Part shown: one piece after another, positions 18,601-27,213 of the stretch
Layout: the number at the start of each line of letters is the position of its first letter
Numbering within the stretch: the first letter of the stretch is position 1
From: Bacteroidales bacterium
Lineage (GTDB): Bacteria > Bacteroidota > Bacteroidia > Bacteroidales > UBA4181
Length of the DNA: 33,002 nucleotides
Direction of reading: 5' to 3'
NCBI GenBank assembly: GCA_031264715.1
Contig: JAISDP010000196.1
Span: forward strand, 1-33,002
Notes under the pieces: model-generated
The model's database searches: none
What the model saw: only the letters and a program-made list of their open reading frames with translations
Told to the model about the DNA's origin: nothing
Translations under genes and position numbers: made by a program

Positions 18601-18940
18601 TGATCATGTAGGCAATTACTGGTCGAAAGACAATCCGAATGCAAGTTCATTTCTTCCCCGGTGGCAAACGTATGCGGAAAACATCGGACACTATTATCTG
18701 TACGATGCTTCCTTTATCAGATTACAAAATGTAGAGTTGGGTTATTCTTTCTCCAATGCCGGATGGGCTAAAAAGGCAGGAATTTCCAATTTAAGGATTT
18801 TTATGAACGGCAATAATTTGTTTTTTTGGTCGAAATTACCTGACGACCGGCAAACAACCTATTCCGGTGCGGGCAGTGCAACCGAGGGTTCATATCCTTC
18901 CACCAGGAGAATCAATTTAGGAGTAGAAATATCATTTTAA
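15686..18940 (+). CDS. susC: SusC/RagA-family TonB-dependent transporter (first)
   Basis: [57 protein letters not shown], C-terminal GVEISF. No STN-type N-terminal extension is visible. Confidence 0.96.
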   Translation: [1084 protein letters not shown]

Positions 18941-18960
18941 CAAAGAAAAACTGAATAAAA

Positions 18961-20775
18961 ATGAAAAGGATAATCGATTATATATCTATTGCCGTTGTTG
19001 CATTATGTTTTACTTCGTGCGAGGAATACCTGGACAGACCATCGCAGTCGAATATTACGGAAAGGGATATCTATGTAAATTTCAGGAGTTTTCAAGGTTT
19101 TGTAGAAGAATTGTACAACTGTATTATCAGTCCGAGCGAATGTGGCGCATGGAACAATTATTCGTTTGCCGATGAAAACCTGGGGCCAAGGATTTACAAT
19201 TTTGACACCGGTAATTATTGGGGTGGCGAAACGTATTTCCACAACAATGGCAATCAGGCTGTAAGTACCACGGATGGTCAATCCAGGACCAAGCGCATCT
19301 GGGAATATGCGTGGTATGCTCTCGCCAAAGCAAATATTGTGCTGGATAAAATCGAAGAGGAAGATTTGTTTGCAGGTAACGCGGATGAAAAAAAATTGAT
19401 CCGCGGACAGGCGCTTTTTTTCAGAGGGTGGTTCTATTTTGAAATATGCCGTTTCTGGGGCGGGATGCCTTATATTGACAGGCCGCTGACTGAAACGGAA
19501 AATTACGAAGACCCTTATTTTCAAAGAATGAACTTTCGGGAGACAGCGCTGAAAATGGCGGCTGATTTCAGGGAAGCGGCTGATTTGTTGCCTGAACACT
19601 GGGAAGATATGTATGGAAAAGCGGACGGCGTTCCACAGGGAAGGAATGACAACAATCAATACATCAACAAGTTTCATGCCCTGGGGTATCTTGGTAAGGC
19701 TTTACTGTTTGCCGCCAGTCCGATGATTAACGAGGAAGCCACCGGCGTTAACGCATTTGACCCGGCGCTGTGCGCCCAGGCAGCTGACGCTTTTGGCGAA
19801 CTGTTGACGCTTGCCGAAAATACCAACAGGTATACGCTGGCGTCGTGGAATGAGTACAATCAGATTTTTTTCTGCGCAAACCGGAACGCCGCTCCCTACC
19901 GGAACGGCTTGAATGAAGTGATCATGCTGCCCACGACTTATGACGCAACACGGTTCAGATGGTCTACAATAGGCGCGATATCTCCTAACGACATGGGGTT
20001 GAATGCAGGCTCCAGCGCTGATGTGCCGACACATAACATTGTCAAAAATTTCGCCACAGCGAATGGACTTCCGCAAGCAGAGGACCCTGCTTTTGATCCG
20101 CAAAAACCATGGACTAATCTTGAGCCTCGTTTTTATAAGGTTATTGCGAAGCACGGCGATAAAATACACAATGGAACGACGGGACGACAGGTTCTTGAAT
20201 GTCAAAACGGCGGATTCCACCGCACAATACAGTATCCGACCGTTACCGGGTATTACCAGAGGAAGTTCAGCGGATTGGATCCGAATGCTTACAGGGCTTC
20301 GCCCGATTGTTATGCGGCTGCTCCTTACCTGAGGCTTGCAGATGTTTACCTGATGTATGCCGAAGCGGTAAATTTCATGACGGGCGGCGGACCCAAAGCG
20401 AAAACCGGCAATTATTCCAAAACTGCCGAGGATGCATTGAACATGGTAAGGCAGCGCGCCCAGATTCCGACTGTTGATCCCAAATATACGGCTGATAAAA
20501 ATGTGTTTTTTGAGGAGCTTGTCCGTGAAAGAGCGGTAGAATTATTTATGGAAGGCGCCCGCTTTTGCGATTTGCGACGCTGGAGCAGAAACGATGATCC
20601 GCGTTACCTGGAAAAAACAGGGATATATTTTGATTTAGACGGCAATGGTGAACCTGTCGCAGTTAGAGAGCAAGTTATTACTAAAAGGGCGGCTGATAAA
20701 AAACACAACTGGTTGCCTGTCATAACGAAATACACTACGATGTACAGTACTTTTCCGCAAAATCCAGGATGGTAA
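18961..20775 (+). CDS. susD: SusD/RagB-family glycan-binding lipoprotein (first)
   Basis: Lipobox FTSC-EEYLD, GQALFFRGWFYF, YLRLADVYLMYAEA, RERAVELFMEGARFCDLRRW, and QNPGW terminus. Confidence 0.95.
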   Translation: MKRIIDYISIAVVALCFTSCEEYLDRPSQSNITERDIYVNFRSFQGFVEELYNCIISPSECGAWNNYSFADENLGPRIYNFDTGNYWGGETYFHNNGNQAVSTTDGQSRTKRIWEYAWYALAKANIVLDKIEEEDLFAGNADEKKLIRGQALFFRGWFYFEICRFWGGMPYIDRPLTETENYEDPYFQRMNFRETALKMAADFREAADLLPEHWEDMYGKADGVPQGRNDNNQYINKFHALGYLGKALLFAASPMINEEATGVNAFDPALCAQAADAFGELLTLAENTNRYTLASWNEYNQIFFCANRNAAPYRNGLNEVIMLPTTYDATRFRWSTIGAISPNDMGLNAGSSADVPTHNIVKNFATANGLPQAEDPAFDPQKPWTNLEPRFYKVIAKHGDKIHNGTTGRQVLECQNGGFHRTIQYPTVTGYYQRKFSGLDPNAYRASPDCYAAAPYLRLADVYLMYAEAVNFMTGGGPKAKTGNYSKTAEDALNMVRQRAQIPTVDPKYTADKNVFFEELVRERAVELFMEGARFCDLRRWSRNDDPRYLEKTGIYFDLDGNGEPVAVREQVITKRAADKKHNWLPVITKYTTMYSTFPQNPGW

Positions 20776-20801
20776 AAGAATGTATTGTCTAATTATTAAT
20801 A

Positions 20802-23800
20802 ATGTATCAAATGAAAAATAAGATATTATATTCAGTTCTTTTTCTATTAATGTTTTGTACTTGTCATACTTATGCGCAAAGTGAACCGGGCAGCATTAGC
20901 GTTTCATCCATCGTTTCCGATACGGATGGAAATCCTGTAGAAAATGTCGAAATCTTCAGTGATCCGGCTTATGCCAAAACCGGAGCCGACGGACAGTTTA
21001 CGATTTCGGTATCGCCGGACGCCCTTTTAATCATAAAGGCAAACGGATATCAGACGGTTAAGTTGCTGGCGGGGGATGTTCAGAACATGTCGAATATCAG
21101 TCTCGCAAGTAATGACTTATTATACGGTAAAAAAATAAACCTGGCTTTCCGTCAATCTTATCAGGGTGATCTGACAGGCGCTGTAACATACGTTGACGCC
21201 GATGAAATACTGAAATACGACGAAACAGGCGCTTCCGGTCTTCTGAGTAACAGAACCCTGGGCATGTTGGGTTCCAATCAGATAAGGGGATTGGGGGTTA
21301 ATTTCGACGTTGGCAATATCATGACTGTTTCTACCCAGGGAACAGCGGCCATGGTTGTTGTAGACGGTATTCCGCGGGAATTGACCTATTTGCGCGCGTC
21401 CGAGATTGAAAGCATCACGGTTTTGAAAGATGCGAATGCGGCAGTTCTTTACGGAACAGCGGCAGCCAATGGCGTGATTCTGGTCACTACAAAGAGAGGA
21501 GAAGCCTATAAGAAGCAGGCTGACTTTAAGGTAACATACGGTATCAATAAGCCGATGGCGTTCCCCAAGTTTTTAAATTCGGCGGATTATATGGAGTATT
21601 ACAATCAGGCGCGCCGAAACGATCAACTGGATGCCGTGTTCACGGATATCGACAATTACCGTTCGGGTGATCCATATCGTTATCCAAACGTCGACTATTT
21701 CTCAAGGGATTATTTAAGGCCGTTCTACAGGTCTTTTAACGCCGAAGGGCAATTTTCAGGAGGGAACAGTGTGGCAAAATACTATTCAAATTTTGGATGG
21801 AACAATCAAAACACCATATACAGTTTCGGCGAAGGCAAAGATTCGCGAACAAACGAGTTCCATGCACGATTGAATGGCGATTTGAAAATTAACAGCTGGA
21901 TCAATACCCGGCTTGACGGAAGTGTGACTTTTCAAAATCAAGTTGTGCCGCGTATCTCCGCCAGTGACGGTTATTGGGCTGCGGCGCGCAGCATCCGCCC
22001 GTACGAATATACTCCGCTGATCCCCATAGACCTGATTGAACCGGATAATCCGGTATTGGAGTCCGCCAAGAGAATCATCGACGGGAAGTATCTTTTAGGA
22101 GGATCCGACGCTTACCGCACAACACCCATTGGCGATATGTATGGCGCCGGCGAAAGTGAAATCGGATTTCGTAACTTTTCGTTAGGTAACCAGATTAATT
22201 TTGATTTTAACCAATGGATAGAAGGATTGACATTAAATACCAATTTCGGTTTCGATTTCTGGTCGGGGTTTTCAACAACAGTTGCCAATATCTATGCCAC
22301 CTATTTTCCAACTTTCGATAACAACAACAGGATTACCGGCTTGCAGAAATTCAATGCCGACGAAGCGGCAACCTCTCCGCTGATTGAAGGAATTGCACTA
22401 AGGAGACGGTTTGGGTATAACCTGTCATTGCAATACGACAAGATGTTTGATGATATACACCACATTACGGCAATCCTTCTTGGATACGGCAATACGTACA
22501 AACAGTCGGGCGACCTGCAAGGGTCAAAGTTCGCGCATTTGGGCTTGCATTTGGGGTATATCTACAACAAGCGCTATATGATTGATTTCAGCAGCGCTTA
22601 CGTCAATTCGACACGGCTTGCGCCGGGGCACCGGGGCGGTTTTTCGCCTACGGCAGGGCTGGCCTGGGTAATGAGTTCCGAAGAGTTTATGTCCTCGGCA
22701 GATTTTATTGATTATTTGAAAATAAGGTTTTCGGCAGGTATCATTAAATCGGACCTCATGACCTCAAACAACTCCGCTCCCGGCTATTTCTGGTATGACG
22801 ATAATTATGGAGGTTCCACATCCTGGGGTTGGGGCGACGGGCTACGAAGCCGCAGCAGTACGATCGCAAACAGAACGCGTAATTTTGATATGACCTTTGC
22901 TGAACGTAAAGATTTGAACCTTGGTTTTGAATCGCTGTTGTTTGGGAACAGGTTGGGTTTGGAAGCCAATTATTTTCTTACTTTAAACGAAGGTATGCTT
23001 GTGCGCTCGACAAACGAGTATCCCAGTTTCCTGGGCACCTTTGTGCCGTACGAAAACTTCGAAAATGTGAAATACCAGGGCTTCGAACTTGGAGCGAGCT
23101 ATGTAGAGAAATGGAATGACTGGTCGTTGAGGGTTGGAGCCAATTTGCTGTATTCTGTCTCGGTAAAAACCAAAGTTAACGAATTGCGTGCCTACCCGCA
23201 TTTGAACAGGGTGGGAACGCCTCACGACGGTTATTGGGGATTGGTAAGTCTCGGCTTTTTCGAGAATCAGGCAGACGTAGACAACAGTACGCCGCAGGTT
23301 TTTGGAGGCACAGTACGCGAAGGCGACCTTAAATATCAGGCGCAGAAAGAGAATGGAAGAATTGACACTGATGACGAAGTTCTTTTGGGACGCTGGCAGG
23401 CTCCGTGGTCGGGAGGTATAAATTTTACGCTGTCCTACAAAAAAATCTCGCTTTTTGTGATAGGTGAAGGCCGTTCCGGCGCCAAGCCGTTTAAGGAAAA
23501 TAATTATTTCTGGCTGGAAGGCACGCGTAAATACTCCGAAGTGGCATTAAACAGTTGGACGCCTGAAACAAGAAATACCGCTGTCTATCCCAGACTGTCG
23601 TCCCAGTCGAATCCAAACAATAACCGCCGCTCAACATTTTGGCAGTATAATGCTGATTACTTTGAAATCAGCAAAATACAGTTGAATTATCAGATGCCCG
23701 AATTGTTGACCAGCGCCTTGCACATGAAAAGTTTGGATGTATTCGCTTATGTAACCCGTCCGCTCATTCTTGCTAAAGAAAAAGAAATGAGGTTAATTCA

Positions 23801-23864
23801 AACTGGAAACAGCGGCGGATTGAATTATCGCTCCTTTGTGTTCGGTTTGAAAGTTTCTTTCTAA
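20802..23864 (+). CDS. susC: SusC/RagA-family TonB-dependent transporter (second, divergent)
   Basis: VVVDGIPR, IESITVLKDANAAVLYGTAAANGVILVTTKRG, YPRLS, C-terminal GLKVSF. It lacks the typical EVVVVGYG segment. Start is 20802 or 20811. Confidence 0.93.
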   Translation: MYQMKNKILYSVLFLLMFCTCHTYAQSEPGSISVSSIVSDTDGNPVENVEIFSDPAYAKTGADGQFTISVSPDALLIIKANGYQTVKLLAGDVQNMSNISLASNDLLYGKKINLAFRQSYQGDLTGAVTYVDADEILKYDETGASGLLSNRTLGMLGSNQIRGLGVNFDVGNIMTVSTQGTAAMVVVDGIPRELTYLRASEIESITVLKDANAAVLYGTAAANGVILVTTKRGEAYKKQADFKVTYGINKPMAFPKFLNSADYMEYYNQARRNDQLDAVFTDIDNYRSGDPYRYPNVDYFSRDYLRPFYRSFNAEGQFSGGNSVAKYYSNFGWNNQNTIYSFGEGKDSRTNEFHARLNGDLKINSWINTRLDGSVTFQNQVVPRISASDGYWAAARSIRPYEYTPLIPIDLIEPDNPVLESAKRIIDGKYLLGGSDAYRTTPIGDMYGAGESEIGFRNFSLGNQINFDFNQWIEGLTLNTNFGFDFWSGFSTTVANIYATYFPTFDNNNRITGLQKFNADEAATSPLIEGIALRRRFGYNLSLQYDKMFDDIHHITAILLGYGNTYKQSGDLQGSKFAHLGLHLGYIYNKRYMIDFSSAYVNSTRLAPGHRGGFSPTAGLAWVMSSEEFMSSADFIDYLKIRFSAGIIKSDLMTSNNSAPGYFWYDDNYGGSTSWGWGDGLRSRSSTIANRTRNFDMTFAERKDLNLGFESLLFGNRLGLEANYFLTLNEGMLVRSTNEYPSFLGTFVPYENFENVKYQGFELGASYVEKWNDWSLRVGANLLYSVSVKTKVNELRAYPHLNRVGTPHDGYWGLVSLGFFENQADVDNSTPQVFGGTVREGDLKYQAQKENGRIDTDDEVLLGRWQAPWSGGINFTLSYKKISLFVIGEGRSGAKPFKENNYFWLEGTRKYSEVALNSWTPETRNTAVYPRLSSQSNPNNNRRSTFWQYNADYFEISKIQLNYQMPELLTSALHMKSLDVFAYVTRPLILAKEKEMRLIQTGNSGGLNYRSFVFGLKVSF

Positions 23865-23894
23865 TTGTTTTCGAATAAATTAAATAATGTTGAA

Positions 23895-25709
23895 ATGAAG
23901 AATTATAAATTTATACTACCCGGGGTTATTTTCATCATGTTATTTTCCTGCCAGTTGCTTGAGCCGGATAATGAAAACTATAGCACTTTTGACCGTGTTT
24001 ATGAAGACCCCGCCTTTGCCGAAGGTCTTTTAATACGCGGATTTATCCAGGTTCCTGTCAGGGATTACAGGTATGATGAACGTGCAACGGACGACGCTGT
24101 GACCAACGATTTAGCCAATGATTATGTCAGGATGGCAACAGGCGGCTGGTCGTCTCAGTATAATCCCCAGCATGTATGGCAAAATTGCAATGACGGGATC
24201 ATGTATGTTAACAAATTTCTGGAAATTGTGGACAAGGTGCCGTTCAGACCTTCCAATCCTGATATAGACAGGATGTACAAGCGGCGCTATAAGGGAGAAG
24301 CGTATGCCATCAGAGGTATTTTGAAATATTATCTGTTGCGTAATCATGGCGGATATGGCGCCAATGGAGAATTGCTGGGAACGCCGATATACGATGAGTT
24401 TATGGAATACACCGACAAGTCTAAATTTTCCCAGCCCCGTGCAAAATTTGTCGACTGTGTGCAAACTGTATATGACGATCTCGACATGGCGGTTTCACTA
24501 CTTCCGCTCGACTTTGGCAATGTAACTGCCGGCATTGGAATACCGCCGGGCTACAATGAATCAGGCAATGCGACCATAGACGATTACAATCTGGTTTGCG
24601 GACGTACTGCAAGTGAACGTGTTTCGGGACGTATTGCGTTGGCTTTTAAGGCAAAAATGGCATTACTCCACGCAAGTCCTGCATTTAACGAAGGCAATAG
24701 CGCTTTGTGGGAAAAAGCAGCCGAGTTTTCGGGCGAACTGCTGTCCAAACCGAATGTTATTTACAGTTCCGCTTTTCAGGGCGGGCTGGATATTGATCCC
24801 AACGGCCATCGCTTTTATGCCTCTACCGAAGTCGCTAAATATAATTGGAATACTCCTGTTACCGGAAAAGAATATGTGTGGAGAAAAAACAGGGAAAACA
24901 ACAATACAAAAGAAACGGAGCATTATCCTCCAACCTTTGGGGGCAATGGACGGATCAATCCTTCGCAAAATTTTGTGGACGCGTTTCCTATGGCAAACGG
25001 TTATCCCATCACTGCTGATCCTTCACTTTCGGGGTATGATCCGGCAGCGCCCTATACGGGGAGGGATTCGCGGCTTGGGCTGTTTGTGCTGTATAATGGC
25101 GCAAGTTTTAAAAGCAATACCGTTTACACTGCCATTGACGGAACCGGGACACATGCCGGGGATAACCGGCTGGGCATGGCAGCCAGATCGACACGGACAG
25201 GCTATTATCTGAAAAAACTGCTGGTGGACAATAATGTTACATGGAACGGGTCCAGTTGGAATACGGCTGATCATATTGAAGGCTATGTTCGTTACACCGA
25301 AATGTTTTTGACATATGCCGAAGCAGCTAACCAGGCGTGGGGGCCTGACGGAGTTTCGCAGTCCTACAATTATTCAGCACGTCAAATCATTGGAGAAATT
25401 CGCAAGCGTGCAAATCCCGGAATAGGCGCTGATCCTTATTTGGCGTCGCTCGACAAAGAAGGGATGATTACATTGATTCAAAATGAAAGGCGCATTGAAC
25501 TGAGCTTTGAAAGTCATCGTTTTTGGGATTTGCGTCGCTGGAACAAGACCGACCTGATGAAAGAATCCGTCAGGGGTGTAAGGTGGGAAGGCGGAATACC
25601 ATCGTACTTTGATGTAGAAAGCAGAGATTATGAGGATTATATGATTTATGGCCCTGTTCCCCAAACGGAAATCCTTAAATTCAACTTTATTCAAAACCGG
25701 GGTTGGTAA
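23895..25709 (+). CDS. susD: SusD/RagB-family glycan-binding lipoprotein (second)
   Basis: Lipobox LFSC, GEAYAIRG, VDAFPMANGYPI, RYTEMFLTYAEAAN, NERRIELSFESHRFWDLRRW, QNRGW. Start set to ATG 23895 (MKNYK). Confidence 0.95.
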   Translation: MKNYKFILPGVIFIMLFSCQLLEPDNENYSTFDRVYEDPAFAEGLLIRGFIQVPVRDYRYDERATDDAVTNDLANDYVRMATGGWSSQYNPQHVWQNCNDGIMYVNKFLEIVDKVPFRPSNPDIDRMYKRRYKGEAYAIRGILKYYLLRNHGGYGANGELLGTPIYDEFMEYTDKSKFSQPRAKFVDCVQTVYDDLDMAVSLLPLDFGNVTAGIGIPPGYNESGNATIDDYNLVCGRTASERVSGRIALAFKAKMALLHASPAFNEGNSALWEKAAEFSGELLSKPNVIYSSAFQGGLDIDPNGHRFYASTEVAKYNWNTPVTGKEYVWRKNRENNNTKETEHYPPTFGGNGRINPSQNFVDAFPMANGYPITADPSLSGYDPAAPYTGRDSRLGLFVLYNGASFKSNTVYTAIDGTGTHAGDNRLGMAARSTRTGYYLKKLLVDNNVTWNGSSWNTADHIEGYVRYTEMFLTYAEAANQAWGPDGVSQSYNYSARQIIGEIRKRANPGIGADPYLASLDKEGMITLIQNERRIELSFESHRFWDLRRWNKTDLMKESVRGVRWEGGIPSYFDVESRDYEDYMIYGPVPQTEILKFNFIQNRGW

Positions 25710-25727
25710 TTTAAAAAAACAAGTAGC

Positions 25728-26783
25728 ATGAAAAAATTAATTATTTTAATGATTGCAGTAATCATCGGAAGCAACGCATGTAAAAATTTCGATGTAGAGT
25801 ATAACGATTATAAATATTCCACCGCTTACTTCGGATATCAATTTCCGGTAAGGATTTTGATTCTTGGTGATTATATCTATGACAACTCAAACGACAATGC
25901 GCACAAATTTGTCATTTCGGCGCATCTGGGAGGTGTAATCGATAATAAAACAGACAGGAAGTTTTCCATCGAAGTAGACGAAAGCCTGTGTAACGGTGTG
26001 GTTTTTGCGACCGGGGATCCGGTAGTAGCAATGCCTGCATCGTGGTATACATTAAGTTCCTCTTCGGAGTTGATCATACCAAAAGGCAGGCAGGACGGAG
26101 GCATTGAAGTGCAATTGACCGAAGCCTTTTTTGCCGATCCAAATTCCATCAGGAACACGTATGCAGTTCCCATCCGTTTGAAGGGTTCTAACGATGTCGA
26201 CAGCATCCTGTCGGGCAGGAAGGACAATGCTTATCCCAATCCCGATCCGCGCCTGGCAGAACAATGGGTAGTTTCACCCAAAGACTTTGTCATGTTTGTT
26301 GTGAAATACATCAACGAATATGAAGCATCCTATCTGAAATATGGAACAAGTACGGTATCGCAGGCAGGCGGAACAACCGAAACTACGACCTATAAGGAAA
26401 AATGGGTAGAACGTAATGACGTTGTAAAACTGCGTACCACCGGACGCAACACTGTTGAGGGAGAATTTAGCCTCCAGTCGGGCATCATGACCGGAAATGT
26501 TCTCCTGACACTGGATTTTAACGGAGTTCACAACGGCAAAAACAACTGTACTGTTACCGGAGTCGGCTTGGGAAATACAAATTATTCGGTTACCGGGACG
26601 GGAACGTTCAAAACCTTCGATACGGAATATGACAATTTTGGACAGAAAATCCGACAGGGTATGACGATAAACTATACCGTTACCGACGGAAACACCGGCG
26701 ACACCTACACTGCGGAGGAGACGCTGGTAGTACGCAGCCGTGATGTAGTTCTTGAAACATACTCTGTGAGGCCAACTCCTTAA
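25728..26783 (+). CDS. PUL surface lipoprotein (DUF1735/BT_3987-like N-terminal domain plus DUF5627-like C-terminal domain)
   Basis: Lipobox SNAC-KN, AYFGYQFPVRILILG, VQLTEAFFADP, YAVPIRL, and its position after susD. Confidence 0.75.
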   Translation: MKKLIILMIAVIIGSNACKNFDVEYNDYKYSTAYFGYQFPVRILILGDYIYDNSNDNAHKFVISAHLGGVIDNKTDRKFSIEVDESLCNGVVFATGDPVVAMPASWYTLSSSSELIIPKGRQDGGIEVQLTEAFFADPNSIRNTYAVPIRLKGSNDVDSILSGRKDNAYPNPDPRLAEQWVVSPKDFVMFVVKYINEYEASYLKYGTSTVSQAGGTTETTTYKEKWVERNDVVKLRTTGRNTVEGEFSLQSGIMTGNVLLTLDFNGVHNGKNNCTVTGVGLGNTNYSVTGTGTFKTFDTEYDNFGQKIRQGMTINYTVTDGNTGDTYTAEETLVVRSRDVVLETYSVRPTP

Positions 26784-26844
26784 ATTTTTCCTGCAAATAT
26801 TCCTGATTTAACCTGAATTTGATAAATTTAATTTAATTTTGAAT

Positions 26845-27005
26845 CCCTTTGACCGGGAAGACAAAGACCCTTTGCTCGGGAAGACAAAGACCCTTTGCTC
26901 GGGCGGACAAAGACCCTTTGCTCGGGCGGACAAAGATCCTTTGACCGGGGGGGCAAAGACCCTTTGACCGAGGGGGCAAAGACCCTTTGACCGGGAAGGT
27001 AAAGA
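26845..27005. repeat. Seven exact-length 23-bp tandem units, CCCTTTG-(ACC/CTC)-purine-rich N7-CAAAGA
   Basis: Units: ccctttgaccgggaagacaaaga, ccctttgctcgggaagacaaaga, ccctttgctcgggcggacaaaga x2, tcctttgaccgggggggcaaaga, ccctttgaccgagggggcaaaga, ccctttgaccgggaaggtaaaga. The junctions form the dyad CAAAG-N3-CTTTG. Confidence 0.95.
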
Positions 27006-27146
27006 CCTGTGATAAGCGGAATATAGCGCTGTTGAGCCGAATTTGCAATTCGGCTCGGAACACGAGGCAATTTGCAATTGCCTGTGATAAGACCTCGGAG
27101 GCGGGACGTAGAACTCCCGCTCCCGGAGGTTTTAGAAACCTCCGGG
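27006..27146. repeat. Cluster of four REP-like hairpins
   Basis: GAGCCGAATT-TGC-AATTCGGCTC (27034-27056); AGGCAATT-TGC-AATTGCCT (27065-27083); GCGGGA-N8-TCCCGC (27101-27120); CCCGGAGGTTT-TAG-AAACCTCCGGG (27122-27146). CCTGTGATAAG is a direct repeat at 27006 and 27081. Confidence 0.8.
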
Positions 27147-27213
27147 GTTTCACTTGACCAAATCAAAATGTAATATCGTCAGAATCCTCTTAAAAAACCA
27201 AAAATCAAATTCT

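Noticed and set aside
24613-25212. 199-aa alternative-frame ORF within susD2 (possible frameshift or overprinting)
   Set aside because: The susD2 frame is intact with all motifs, and the alternative frame has no recognisable features.
26845-27005. CRISPR or guide-RNA array interpretation of the 23-bp repeat
   Set aside because: The variable segments are related to each other by stepwise substitution rather than being unique spacers, and no nuclease or RNA-binding effector gene is nearby.
26808-27166. Three short minus-strand ORFs with repeated KGSL/QRVF/KGLC peptides
   Set aside because: These are translations of the 23-bp repeat in all three frames, with no independent coding evidence.
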